Source: a virus. Taken from it: 45,994 nucleotides of DNA. The position numbers and the translations under genes are program-made. The stretch covers positions 64,001 through 109,994 of IMG/VR virus record IMGVR_UViG_3300035698_022074; one strand, given 5' to 3'. Of the stretch, positions 20,531 through 29,114 are shown one piece after another (position 1 is the stretch's first letter; the number at the start of each line of letters is the position of its first letter). The notes below the pieces were generated by a model. The model worked only from the letters and a program-made list of their open reading frames with translations. It was not told where the DNA came from and ran no database searches.

Positions 20531-22155
20531 TGGCGAGTGGCACTACACAGCGCCAAGTAAAAGAGATAATCAAGTGCGGCAAAGATCCAGTCTACTTCTT
20601 TAACAACTACTGTAAGATCCAACACCCACTTAAGGGTGTTATTCCGTTTGAGACTTTCCCGTTCCAAGACGACTGTGTCCAAGATTTCATTGATCATAAG
20701 TTCAATGTTATACTGAAGTCAAGACAGTTGGGAATATCGACTCTTTCTGCTGCCTATGCTGTGTGGCTTGCACTGTTTCACAAAGATCAAAACATACTGA
20801 TCATCGCTACAAAGAAAGCTGTTGCTCAGAACATCATTAAAAAAGTCAAGGTTGTACTTAATAACTTGCCAAGATGGCTGTTCTTTGTTAATATAGTAAC
20901 GAACAACAGGCAGGAAGTAGAGTTCGCCAACGGTTCAACAATTAAAGCCGTTCCAACGTCTGATGACGCCGGCCGTTCAGAAGCACTATCACTTCTAATC
21001 ATTGACGAAGCAGCATTCATTAGAAATTTTGAAGATCTCTGGACTGCTTTGTATCCTACACTTTCAACAGGTGGACGAGCGATTATTTTGTCAACACCTA
21101 ATGGTGTTGGTGGGACCTATCACGATATTTACTCCAAAGCAGAAGCAGGACTCAATGAGTTTAATGCTATTAAGCTTCCATGGGACGTGCAACCAGAACG
21201 TGATCAGGTGTGGTTTGAATCACAAACTGCAAACTTTAGTGAACGCAAAATTGCTCAAGAGTTCTTGTGCGACTTCCTTGCATCTGGTGATACCTTTCTA
21301 AGTGCAGGCGAAGTAAAGTGGATTGCAGGAACGACAATGCCACCAATTAGAAGGACTGGCCCTGCGAACAACGTCTGGATATGGAAAATGCCATTGTCCA
21401 GGCACAAGTATGTTATTGCAGCTGACGTATCTCGAGGTGACTCTAAAGATTTCTCTACATTTGTAGTTCTCGATGTAACTGAAGGTGAAGTTGCAGCAGA
21501 GTATAAAGGAAAGATACGACCCGACAGTTTGGCAGAATTGCTATCTGAATACGGCGAAAAGTACAATTCAGCCCTAGTTTGTCCCGAAAACAACTCATAC
21601 GGATACGCAGTTTGTATGAAGCTTAAGGAGCTCGGGTACAACAATATGTACTATCAATCAAACAAAGCTGTATTTATTGGCGGGTATACACCACCACAAG
21701 AGCTTTCAAAGGCTGGGTTTAATACTAACGGAGCTTCAAGAAACCGCGTACTTGCAAAGCTTGAAGAGGTCATAAGAAACAAAACGATACGCTGTTATTC
21801 TACTCGATTTGCTGATGAGCTAAAGACCTTTGTCTGGCATCATGAAAAAGCACAAGCCATGAAAGGCAGGAATGATGACCTAGTAATGGCAATGGCGATC
21901 GGAGTCTGGTTATATGATTCGGTAGGCGGATATAGCCAAAACAGTGTAGCAGAAAATATGGCAATGCTGGCAGGAATGAGCACTACAAACAAAGAGTTTA
22001 AGCAACCTGCAATTAAAGGCTCCGGAATAAAGCAAGTAAATCCATTTATACCAATTCAGCCATCAGGAAATAGTTTTGTTGGAATGAACAAGAAGACGAG
22101 ACGAGAGACAGGCGCAGTATCTGATCTTAGATGGCTTCTTGATAAAAAGAGGTAG
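20530..22155 (+). CDS. Terminase large subunit, T4 gp17-like
   Basis: Walker A KSRQLGIST matches T4 SRQLGKT. Walker B with downstream LLIIDEAAFIRNFEDLWTAL...STPNGVGG aligns with T4 IYIDECAFIPNF...TTPNGLN. A C-terminal RNaseH-like nuclease motif VIAADVSRGDSKDFSTFVVLDV is present. Confidence 0.95.
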   Translation: MASGTTQRQVKEIIKCGKDPVYFFNNYCKIQHPLKGVIPFETFPFQDDCVQDFIDHKFNVILKSRQLGISTLSAAYAVWLALFHKDQNILIIATKKAVAQNIIKKVKVVLNNLPRWLFFVNIVTNNRQEVEFANGSTIKAVPTSDDAGRSEALSLLIIDEAAFIRNFEDLWTALYPTLSTGGRAIILSTPNGVGGTYHDIYSKAEAGLNEFNAIKLPWDVQPERDQVWFESQTANFSERKIAQEFLCDFLASGDTFLSAGEVKWIAGTTMPPIRRTGPANNVWIWKMPLSRHKYVIAADVSRGDSKDFSTFVVLDVTEGEVAAEYKGKIRPDSLAELLSEYGEKYNSALVCPENNSYGYAVCMKLKELGYNNMYYQSNKAVFIGGYTPPQELSKAGFNTNGASRNRVLAKLEEVIRNKTIRCYSTRFADELKTFVWHHEKAQAMKGRNDDLVMAMAIGVWLYDSVGGYSQNSVAENMAMLAGMSTTNKEFKQPAIKGSGIKQVNPFIPIQPSGNSFVGMNKKTRRETGAVSDLRWLLDKKR

Positions 22156-22159
22156 CGCT

Positions 22160-22750
22160 ATGTTGAGAGAACTTATAAATCTTACTCTTGAGTCAATAAG
22201 TGTTTCTGACAATCTTAAAGAAAGAGGCGTCGATACTAGCAAGACACGTGTAATAGTTAGTGAAGAAGAAAGCACAGCAGTTTTCTTGCTTTACAATTCT
22301 TCGGGTCAACTAGTTGGATATCAACAATATAGGCCTGGTGCTTCTAAATCACAAAACAATGATCCTAAAGCTGGACGCTATTTTACCTTCTTAGGAGACG
22401 AAGGGAAGGGCAAGAAGATTGGTGTTTGGGGGCTGGAAACTATTACACCTTCTACACAGACAGTGTATATTGTAGAGGGAATCTTTGATGCAATTAAAAT
22501 TGCAAACTTAGGAAAAGCAGTACTTGCTGTCTTTACAAATAATCCAAAACACCTTACAAACTGGCTGTATTCACTTAGTATGAAAATTATTGCAATTTTA
22601 GACAACGATGAGAGTGAAGTAGGAAAGAAACTCGGCAGATTTGCTAGTGAGTCCTATATTACACCAGAACCCTACAAAGACTTAGGTGACATGCCTCAAA
22701 GTGAAGTTTCAAGCTTCATAAAGGAAATTGAAAGTGGCCAAAGAAGATAA
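22160..22750 (+). CDS. Primase-core (TOPRIM) paralog lacking the zinc-binding domain
   Basis: YIVEGIFD with AILDNDE (TOPRIM E...DxD), and KDLGDM, all parallel the primase at 15527 and T4 gp61 (LEGPID, VLDNEP, KDVNDM). The N-terminal MLRELINL...KERGV matches primase MLATLINS...KRRGV. RBS AAGAGG precedes ATG 22160, and the listed start at 22139 overlaps TerL. Confidence 0.7.
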   Translation: MLRELINLTLESISVSDNLKERGVDTSKTRVIVSEEESTAVFLLYNSSGQLVGYQQYRPGASKSQNNDPKAGRYFTFLGDEGKGKKIGVWGLETITPSTQTVYIVEGIFDAIKIANLGKAVLAVFTNNPKHLTNWLYSLSMKIIAILDNDESEVGKKLGRFASESYITPEPYKDLGDMPQSEVSSFIKEIESGQRR

Positions 22751-25700
22751 TCAAAATCTATTTCAGAGACTCACAACGCTGTTTCGAAGCGGTCCAGTCA
22801 TTAAGAGAAAAGTCAAAGCATTTAAAGAGCCTTCGGTCTCGTCAGCTAATCAAGTTTTTAAGAAGTCTCTGAGCACAAGTTACAGTACAGCAATGAGTGC
22901 TTACGGCACTTATGATAGAATGTCAAGATATAGTGACTATGCAGAGATGGAGTACACACCAGAAATTGCAAGTGCACTCGACATTTACTCTGAAGAGACT
23001 GTTGCTAACGATGACAAAGGTAGAGTGCTAACTGTCTATTCTGAAAACAGACAGGTTCAGAGACTACTCGAAGAGCTATTCTACGACACACTAAATGTTG
23101 AATTCAACTTGACGCCCTGGTCAAGAGACATGGTTAAACACGGCGATTTCTTCTTGTTTAATGACGTGTCGCCAGAATATGGGGTGCTTAACGTATTCCC
23201 AATTCCTGTTAACGAAATAGAAAGAGAAGAAGGGTACGATCCACAAGATCCGATGGCTGTAAGGTTTAGGTGGATCACAAACGGAAACACTATTCTCGAA
23301 AACTGGCAGATCACACACTTTAGGCTTCTGGGTAATGATGCATTCTTGCCATACGGTACATCAGTCTTAGAGTCAGCAAGAAGAATTTGGCGACAACTAA
23401 TACTCATTGAAGACGCTATGCTAGTCTATAGAATTGTTAGATCTCCAGAGCGAAGAGTCTTCTACGTTGACGTCGGAAATGTGCCACCAGAAGATGTTCC
23501 TAACTACATGGAGCAAGCTAAGACAATACTAAGAAGTAACCAAGTTGTCGACAGTCAAACAGGAAGAGTCGACTTACGATACAACCCATTACCTGTCTGG
23601 TCGAAGACACCAATTCCTCTACTTGATGGTAGAACAATTGCTATCAAAGATCTTGCAAAAGAGTTTGATGAAGGTAAAGAAAACTGGGTTTACTCAATTC
23701 AAGACGATACACAGAAGATCGTTCCAGGAAAAGTAGTTTGGTGTGGTAAGAACTATACTGCAGAGAAGTTAATTAAAGTATGGCTTGATGATGATACATG
23801 GGCCATGACAGCACCAGAGCACCCGTTTGTACTTAGGGATGGTTCTAATAAGCGAGCTGATAAACTTACGGCGGGCGATCGACTAATGCCGCTATACAGA
23901 AGACTAAGTAACAAATCTGACGGTGATTATGTTGATGATTACGAACAGGTCTACGATCCACATACAAGCAGGTTTATTTATACCCACAAGGCAATTTCAA
24001 GAACTGCGTGTATTGATCACGACAGAAAGCTTAAAAACAAAACGATCCATCACGTAAATCATAAGAAGTGGGACAATAGACCTGAAAATCTGCAGGCGAT
24101 GACATGGTTCGAGCACAAGGCACATCATGCATCTGCAAACAGAACTCAGGCACATCGCGATCTTGTTTCAATGAATAACAAGAAGTACAACAAGGGCCAA
24201 AACATGGCTAAAATGTACAATGGAAGTCTACTTCACAAGCAGCATAACGAAATCAGAAGTAAGGTTCAGTCAAGCTACTGGAATGATAAAATACACAGTC
24301 GTAATAGATGCAATAACATGTCATGGAACATACCTGCATCAATCGTAGAGTTTTCTATTCATAAGGCTCAAACAAACCCAAGGCTAACAAGAGAAAATCT
24401 CACGGAAGCCATTAGAAACAACAAAACGCTAATTGAAGATCTAGCTGTTGCTAACAGTGAAAATAGACGAGATCCTGATCTTTTTAGCTCTGCTGCAATT
24501 ATAAATGCATTCAAGCGAAATGGTGTTTGCAATAATTGGACAGAGCTCAGAGCACTTATGTCAGAAGGAGAGATTGAGTACAAGAATCACAGTGTGTCTA
24601 GAGTTGAAGAAGTCTACAAAAACGAAGATGTCTATTGCATGACCGTAGTGGGTCCGGACGGTCAAGACGACAGACACAACTTTGCAATGCAGACTATTCA
24701 AGAAGGTTCCAAGGAATCAACTCTTAATTCACTAGAAGGATTAGTTCGTCAGGACAAAAACTTAACACCATCATCGGGAAGAACGACTCTACCGTCCGGT
24801 ATCTTTGTAAAGAATTCCGTCGATGAGGATTACTTCATTCCAACTAGAGGTGGAGAAGGAGGATCAAAAATAGAGACTCTAGCAGGTGGCACAAACGTAA
24901 CTGCAATTGAAGATGTTGAGTACATCCAGAAGAAGCTATTTTCTGCGCTAAAGATTCCTAAGGCTTACTTGGGATACGATGAAGCTATCGGATCAAAGGC
25001 AACACTAAGCCAAGAAGATATTCGATTCTCAAGAACAATCAACAGAATACAAAGAACTGTCATCTCTGAGCTTAATAAGCTTGCGATTATACACTTGTAC
25101 TCAAATGGATACGAAGGTGAAGATCTTCTAGACTTTGAGCTTAATCTATGCAATCCATCAACTGTTGCGCAGCAACAGAAGCTTGAAATCTACAGAACAC
25201 GACTTGAAATAGCAGGATCCGCTCCTGAGGGTGTTGTTGACAGATATTGGATTCGAAAGAATATCATGAACCTCACAGATGATGAAATCGATCGTATCGA
25301 AAAGGGTCGCGTTGACGATAAGACATCCGATCTTAAGATTGAAGGTATCTCGCAAGAAACTAGCGGTGAATCCGACGATTTCTCTGGCGGTGGTGGAGGA
25401 GGATTTGGAGGCCTAGGCGGCGGCGGAGATTTTGGAGAAGAAGGCGAAGGAGAGCCAGGCGAGGAAGGTGAAGAACCTGCCGATGGAGAAGACGCTGGCG
25501 GAGATGAAGATGATGGAGATCTTGATGATGATCTCTTTGCATCACAAACCATAAAGGGTCTTACTCTAATAGACGAAGACGACGATGACACTGATGAAGA
25601 GTTTACTTACTCAATTAATGATGGCGATGCACCAATTAAAGCACAAGCCCAATTGGACAAAGTTCTTAAAAATAGAAAGAGAAGAAAGACTCATGGCCCA

Positions 25701-26006
25701 GAAAAGACAGGAATCCCTGATTTTAAGCGTATGGTAAATCACGAGAGACCTGGCGATTCTTTGACAGATCCTTATGATACACATCGCCTTAATCAAATAG
25801 ATCCGATGAAAGAGATTGTCGGCAGAGAAGATCCTTTTGACGCATTCCTCAATAGAAGTGTCAAACAACAAGCTAGAATATCACTATCTCTAAAGTCAAC
25901 GTTAAAATCACTTAAGAAAGAGATAAGTAAGAAGGCGCCCAGAAGTATTATTACTGAATCTGATGCTGAGGGTAATAACACGGAGAGTGAAGACACTAAT
26001 GATTAA
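22728..26006 (+). CDS. Portal protein, T4 gp20-like, carrying an about 375-aa intein-like insertion and a long acidic/Gly-rich C-terminal extension
   Basis: LILIEDAMLVYRIVRSPERRVFYVDVGNVP aligns with T4 gp20 [30 protein letters not shown]. After the insertion, DEDYFIPTRGGEGGSKIETLAGG aligns with [23 protein letters not shown]. The start is TTG 22728 or GTG 22734. Confidence 0.9.
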   Translation: MKVAKEDNQNLFQRLTTLFRSGPVIKRKVKAFKEPSVSSANQVFKKSLSTSYSTAMSAYGTYDRMSRYSDYAEMEYTPEIASALDIYSEETVANDDKGRVLTVYSENRQVQRLLEELFYDTLNVEFNLTPWSRDMVKHGDFFLFNDVSPEYGVLNVFPIPVNEIEREEGYDPQDPMAVRFRWITNGNTILENWQITHFRLLGNDAFLPYGTSVLESARRIWRQLILIEDAMLVYRIVRSPERRVFYVDVGNVPPEDVPNYMEQAKTILRSNQVVDSQTGRVDLRYNPLPVWSKTPIPLLDGRTIAIKDLAKEFDEGKENWVYSIQDDTQKIVPGKVVWCGKNYTAEKLIKVWLDDDTWAMTAPEHPFVLRDGSNKRADKLTAGDRLMPLYRRLSNKSDGDYVDDYEQVYDPHTSRFIYTHKAISRTACIDHDRKLKNKTIHHVNHKKWDNRPENLQAMTWFEHKAHHASANRTQAHRDLVSMNNKKYNKGQNMAKMYNGSLLHKQHNEIRSKVQSSYWNDKIHSRNRCNNMSWNIPASIVEFSIHKAQTNPRLTRENLTEAIRNNKTLIEDLAVANSENRRDPDLFSSAAIINAFKRNGVCNNWTELRALMSEGEIEYKNHSVSRVEEVYKNEDVYCMTVVGPDGQDDRHNFAMQTIQEGSKESTLNSLEGLVRQDKNLTPSSGRTTLPSGIFVKNSVDEDYFIPTRGGEGGSKIETLAGGTNVTAIEDVEYIQKKLFSALKIPKAYLGYDEAIGSKATLSQEDIRFSRTINRIQRTVISELNKLAIIHLYSNGYEGEDLLDFELNLCNPSTVAQQQKLEIYRTRLEIAGSAPEGVVDRYWIRKNIMNLTDDEIDRIEKGRVDDKTSDLKIEGISQETSGESDDFSGGGGGGFGGLGGGGDFGEEGEGEPGEEGEEPADGEDAGGDEDDGDLDDDLFASQTIKGLTLIDEDDDDTDEEFTYSINDGDAPIKAQAQLDKVLKNRKRRKTHGPEKTGIPDFKRMVNHERPGDSLTDPYDTHRLNQIDPMKEIVGREDPFDAFLNRSVKQQARISLSLKSTLKSLKKEISKKAPRSIITESDAEGNNTESEDTND
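23601..24728 (+). mobile_element. Intein-like Hint domain with a nested HNH homing endonuclease inside the portal gene
   Basis: Block A-like SKTPIPLLDGRTIAIKDL. Block B TAPEHPF (TxxH). HNH motif HHVNHKKWDNRPENLQAMTWFEHKAHH. Block F VYCMTVVGPDGQDDRHNF. The likely C-terminal junction is STLN followed by S. The flanking extein sequences align contiguously with T4 gp20. Confidence 0.6.
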
Positions 26007-26853
26007 GCACAATAAAAAAAGAAATGTTGGCATCATTTATGAGCTTCTTCTTAGGCATGTCTCGAGCTGCATTGTAGAAAATAAGCAGCAAGAAGCAGAT
26101 GTTGCAATGTCAATTGTCAAGCGTCATTTTAAGAAAAGCTCTGAATTATACAAGGAGTTTCGTCTATTCAATGCATTAGTGAAGACAACAGCATCGTCAC
26201 CGTCAATAGCTAATACAATCCTCTCAGAGGCTAGAGAATACGCACAGACAATAGATCAAAAGAAACTATCATCTGAAAAGACAAGTTTGATTCATAGTGT
26301 CAATCACAATCTGATCCGAGAGACATTCTATAAAAGGCATTTGCCAGAATACAGAATGTATGCGACAATTCAAATTCTTTTAAATGACTGGAGATCTCTA
26401 AACGAAAGTCGCAACTTTACTAGAATTGCTGAATTTGAAGAAAAGGTTAGAACATGGCTAATCAAAGAAAAAGTACAACAGCCTAACATTGAAAACATGA
26501 CAAATCCCGACGCTGACAAATTGGTCATTCGAATCATGTCTGAAAAGATTGACAAGAAATATCAATCGTCCCTTAACGAAGATCAGAAAAAGATTCTTCG
26601 TGCATACGTTCTATCAAGTGAAAATGAAAACAAGTCTGAGCTTAGAGAAATGCTAGAATCCGTAAGGGCAGATACATTAACGACGCTTGGCGACTACTTG
26701 ATTCGAGAAAACAATGCAGTTCTTAATGCAAAAGCAGACAGAGTTATTAACGACGTAAAGAGTGTATCAACAGACCAGATTAACGACAGTACAATCACAA
26801 GGTTCTTGACGATTTCACATCTCAATCGTACAATTACAGAGGAGGGCTTGTAA
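25999..26853 (+). CDS. Helical hypothetical protein between portal and prohead protease (possible head assembly or core protein)
   Basis: ATG 25999 overlaps the portal stop (ATGATTAA). The listed alternative start at 25963 lies inside the portal gene. Confidence 0.55.
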   Translation: MIKHNKKRNVGIIYELLLRHVSSCIVENKQQEADVAMSIVKRHFKKSSELYKEFRLFNALVKTTASSPSIANTILSEAREYAQTIDQKKLSSEKTSLIHSVNHNLIRETFYKRHLPEYRMYATIQILLNDWRSLNESRNFTRIAEFEEKVRTWLIKEKVQQPNIENMTNPDADKLVIRIMSEKIDKKYQSSLNEDQKKILRAYVLSSENENKSELREMLESVRADTLTTLGDYLIRENNAVLNAKADRVINDVKSVSTDQINDSTITRFLTISHLNRTITEEGL

Positions 26854-27461
26854 TGAGCACTGGCGTACTACTCACATCATGGACACCCTTTAACTACTCA
26901 GATGAAATGATCAGAGAATCAAGGGAAGAAAACAATGGCAAGATCATCCTCAAAGGAATCCTCCAGAAGGCAGATACTCTCAATCAAAACGGAAGAATCT
27001 ATCCGAGGGCTATTTTAGAGAGAGAAATTAGAAACTACCAGAAGTTTATCAAAGAGCGCAGAGCACTAGGCGAATGTGATCACCCTGATTCTTCTGTTGT
27101 CGAGCTCAAAAACTCATCACATATTATTCGTCGTGCCTGGATGGAGGGCGATGTAGTTTTAGGTGAAGTTGAGCTCCTAGATACACCGTCAGGGAAAATA
27201 CTTCAAAGCCTTGTGGAATCCAACGTCACGTTAGGAATTTCCTCCAGGGGCGTTGGCAGTACAAGAAGCGAAGGCGATAGACAAATCGTACAAGAAGACT
27301 TCCAGTTGATATGCTGGGATTTTGTTAGTGAGCCTTCTACACCTGGAGCATTTATGATGCGCGAAGGAAAAGAAGTCAGATCAGCAGATCTAAAGAAGCA
27401 CTTCACGACGTCTGATAGGGTTGACAGAATCTTTAACGACATACTCGGATGGGAAGAATAA
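26853..27461 (+). CDS. Prohead core protease, T4 gp21-like
   Basis: TLNQNGRIYP, GECDHP and LGISSRGVGS resemble remembered gp21 motifs (NGNGRYYP, ELDHP, LGVSSRGLG). It sits downstream of the portal as in T4. Confidence 0.75.
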   Translation: MSTGVLLTSWTPFNYSDEMIRESREENNGKIILKGILQKADTLNQNGRIYPRAILEREIRNYQKFIKERRALGECDHPDSSVVELKNSSHIIRRAWMEGDVVLGEVELLDTPSGKILQSLVESNVTLGISSRGVGSTRSEGDRQIVQEDFQLICWDFVSEPSTPGAFMMREGKEVRSADLKKHFTTSDRVDRIFNDILGWEE

Positions 27462-27462
27462 A

Positions 27463-27846
27463 ATGGCATTAGACAATCCAAGGCTTTGGATCAATAGCGC
27501 GAATGAATATCTGTTGTCAGGTGTTCCTTGGGTAACTTCTTCTGCAGTTGCGGCTGATGCGATAGAAGCAATTAATTTTCCTAAAGTGACAAAAGACGTT
27601 ACGATCAAGTGTAATTCTGGTTCTTTAGCATTTGCGTTCACAGAAAATGGATTTGATTCAGGGAACTTTTTTGACCTATCGGTCGGCGAAAGCTTTACAG
27701 GAGAGCTTAGAGTTAGAAAGGTATTTGTCAAAGGCACACTTGCGTCAGATTTTAACGTTTTAGCTGGCTTAACAAGAATTGATATGTCAGCTCTATTAGG
27801 CGCAGACGAAATAACAGGATCCAACGGTTTTGAAGGTGTTGGATAA
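27463..27846 (+). CDS. Hypothetical beta-rich head-module protein (127 aa)
   Basis: ATG 27463 lies just after the protease stop. The listed start at 27421 would overlap the protease gene. Confidence 0.5.
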   Translation: MALDNPRLWINSANEYLLSGVPWVTSSAVAADAIEAINFPKVTKDVTIKCNSGSLAFAFTENGFDSGNFFDLSVGESFTGELRVRKVFVKGTLASDFNVLAGLTRIDMSALLGADEITGSNGFEGVG

Positions 27847-27858
27847 TAGGAGGCTGAG

Positions 27859-28281
27859 TTGGCAAAAGTAACTAGAAACATGATCAAGTCGATTGTGAAA
27901 GAATGCTTAGTAGAAATAATGACAGAGGGCTTGGGACAAGATACTTCGCTTGTAGAGTCTTTACAGACAAAACCAAGACCAAAGATTAGAAGAAAAAGCA
28001 GAAGTGTAACACAGGAAGAAACAAGAAGTGTCAAGAACAGAAACTTTGACAACACAATTAAAGAGAGAGTTGGTGTATTAACTAACGACTCTGTTTTAAG
28101 TTCAATTCTCGCAGACACAGCTAGAACTACACTTCAAGAACAGATTGCCGGTGAAGCGCCAGGCAATGCTGCGCCCCAAGATTTAATATCAGACGATGCT
28201 ACAGTTTCTCAAAGTGCTGTTGATAGCTTGATTGACGACAACGCAGATCGTTGGAATCATTTAGCTTTTGATGGACAGTAA
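27859..28281 (+). CDS. Hypothetical head-module protein (possible prohead core or internal protein), TTG start
   Basis: A strong SD, TAGGAGG, lies 6 to 7 nt upstream of TTG 27859. The sequence has LxE-type motifs such as VEIMTEG. Confidence 0.5.
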   Translation: MAKVTRNMIKSIVKECLVEIMTEGLGQDTSLVESLQTKPRPKIRRKSRSVTQEETRSVKNRNFDNTIKERVGVLTNDSVLSSILADTARTTLQEQIAGEAPGNAAPQDLISDDATVSQSAVDSLIDDNADRWNHLAFDGQ

Positions 28282-28312
28282 GTTTAAAAGCGTAGTTAAA
28301 ACTACTCGTAAG

Positions 28313-28326
28313 TCGATATGTAATAG
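28313..28326 (+). promoter_or_regulatory. Recurrent intergenic motif TCGATATGTAATAG upstream of the small coiled-coil head gene
   Basis: This is the same core as at 40211 and 36571. It lies in a 75-nt intergenic region. Confidence 0.2.
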
Positions 28327-28356
28327 TGCGAACCCCCGCCAAATTGGAGTTTTACA

Positions 28357-28611
28357 ATGAGAATCAAGAAGTTGACAGCAAAGAGACTGCACAGTCTTGT
28401 TTTAGAAGAGAAAGCTAGATACAATTGCGATCTTGAGAAAGAAGCTAAGAAGACAAAGAGAGTAGAAGCTGACGGCTATGCAGATACACTTGAAAAAGAT
28501 ATCGATCACCTCGCTGCACTTAAGATTAAAGAAGCGCAGAAGAAGATCGAGCTTAAGCGGATTCAAGAGCAGAGCAATAAAATCAAGCGTCGTCTTAGAC
28601 TTAAAAGCTAA
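28357..28611 (+). CDS. Small basic coiled-coil protein (84 aa), possibly a prohead core protein
   Basis: GGAG lies upstream of the ATG. It is heptad-rich and Lys/Glu-rich. Confidence 0.5.
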   Translation: MRIKKLTAKRLHSLVLEEKARYNCDLEKEAKKTKRVEADGYADTLEKDIDHLAALKIKEAQKKIELKRIQEQSNKIKRRLRLKS

Positions 28612-28630
28612 TTTAAAGGAAAACTAATCA

Positions 28631-29101
28631 ATGCCTACACACGATCAAAAAACAGTCGATGCAGTAATTTCTGAGCGCGGTCTCGGGAAGTCTGATACTT
28701 CGACACTTCAATCAATGTTCCCTAACTCTCCGATTCACTCGGGTGAGCTTACTAGAGCAGTTGTTGAAGAGCTCGGTAATGAACTGCTTGTAGGTACTGA
28801 AGTCAACGACGGCGGTCACACCTTCGGCGTATTCAATAGAGACTACGCTGACGCTCCTGTTATGGGTGACGTTAAGATCGGTGGTGGCGGGCTTCCTGGT
28901 TCTCCTTATGCACCTGCACCAGGTTCGCCTGGTCCTGGAAGCATGAACCCGACAGACATCCCAGAGCCGCCGAGTGAATTTCCATCACCCGCAGGAACTG
29001 AGTATGGTTCTGGCGAAGGTGGATTAGCGTCACCTGATAAAACAACGGTAGCTATTGCTAAGCAGACAATTGGTGATTACGTCTTTGGTTCTTCATCATA
29101 A
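28631..29101 (+). CDS. Gly/Pro-rich hypothetical protein (156 aa)
   Basis: RBS AAAGGAAAA is upstream. It has a low-complexity GGGLPGSPYAPAPGSPGPGS segment. Confidence 0.5.
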   Translation: MPTHDQKTVDAVISERGLGKSDTSTLQSMFPNSPIHSGELTRAVVEELGNELLVGTEVNDGGHTFGVFNRDYADAPVMGDVKIGGGGLPGSPYAPAPGSPGPGSMNPTDIPEPPSEFPSPAGTEYGSGEGGLASPDKTTVAIAKQTIGDYVFGSSS

Positions 29102-29114
29102 GAAGTAGCAGCTA

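Noticed and set aside
23601-23612. Canonical Cys-1 intein start in the portal insertion
   Set aside because: No Cys occurs at the expected position, and only Ser or Thr candidates (WSKTP) are available. I therefore call it intein-like with unresolved junctions rather than a canonical intein.
25190-25591. Minus-strand ORFs (133 and 61 aa) over the portal Gly-rich and acidic tail
   Set aside because: They are low-complexity antisense artefacts of the GGN/GAN repeats.
27390-28118. 242-aa minus-strand ORF overlapping two short plus-strand head-module genes
   Set aside because: It has hydrophobic low-complexity composition. The plus-strand genes have a good SD (TAGGAGG before TTG 27859) and fit the co-oriented operon, so I consider the antisense ORF spurious.
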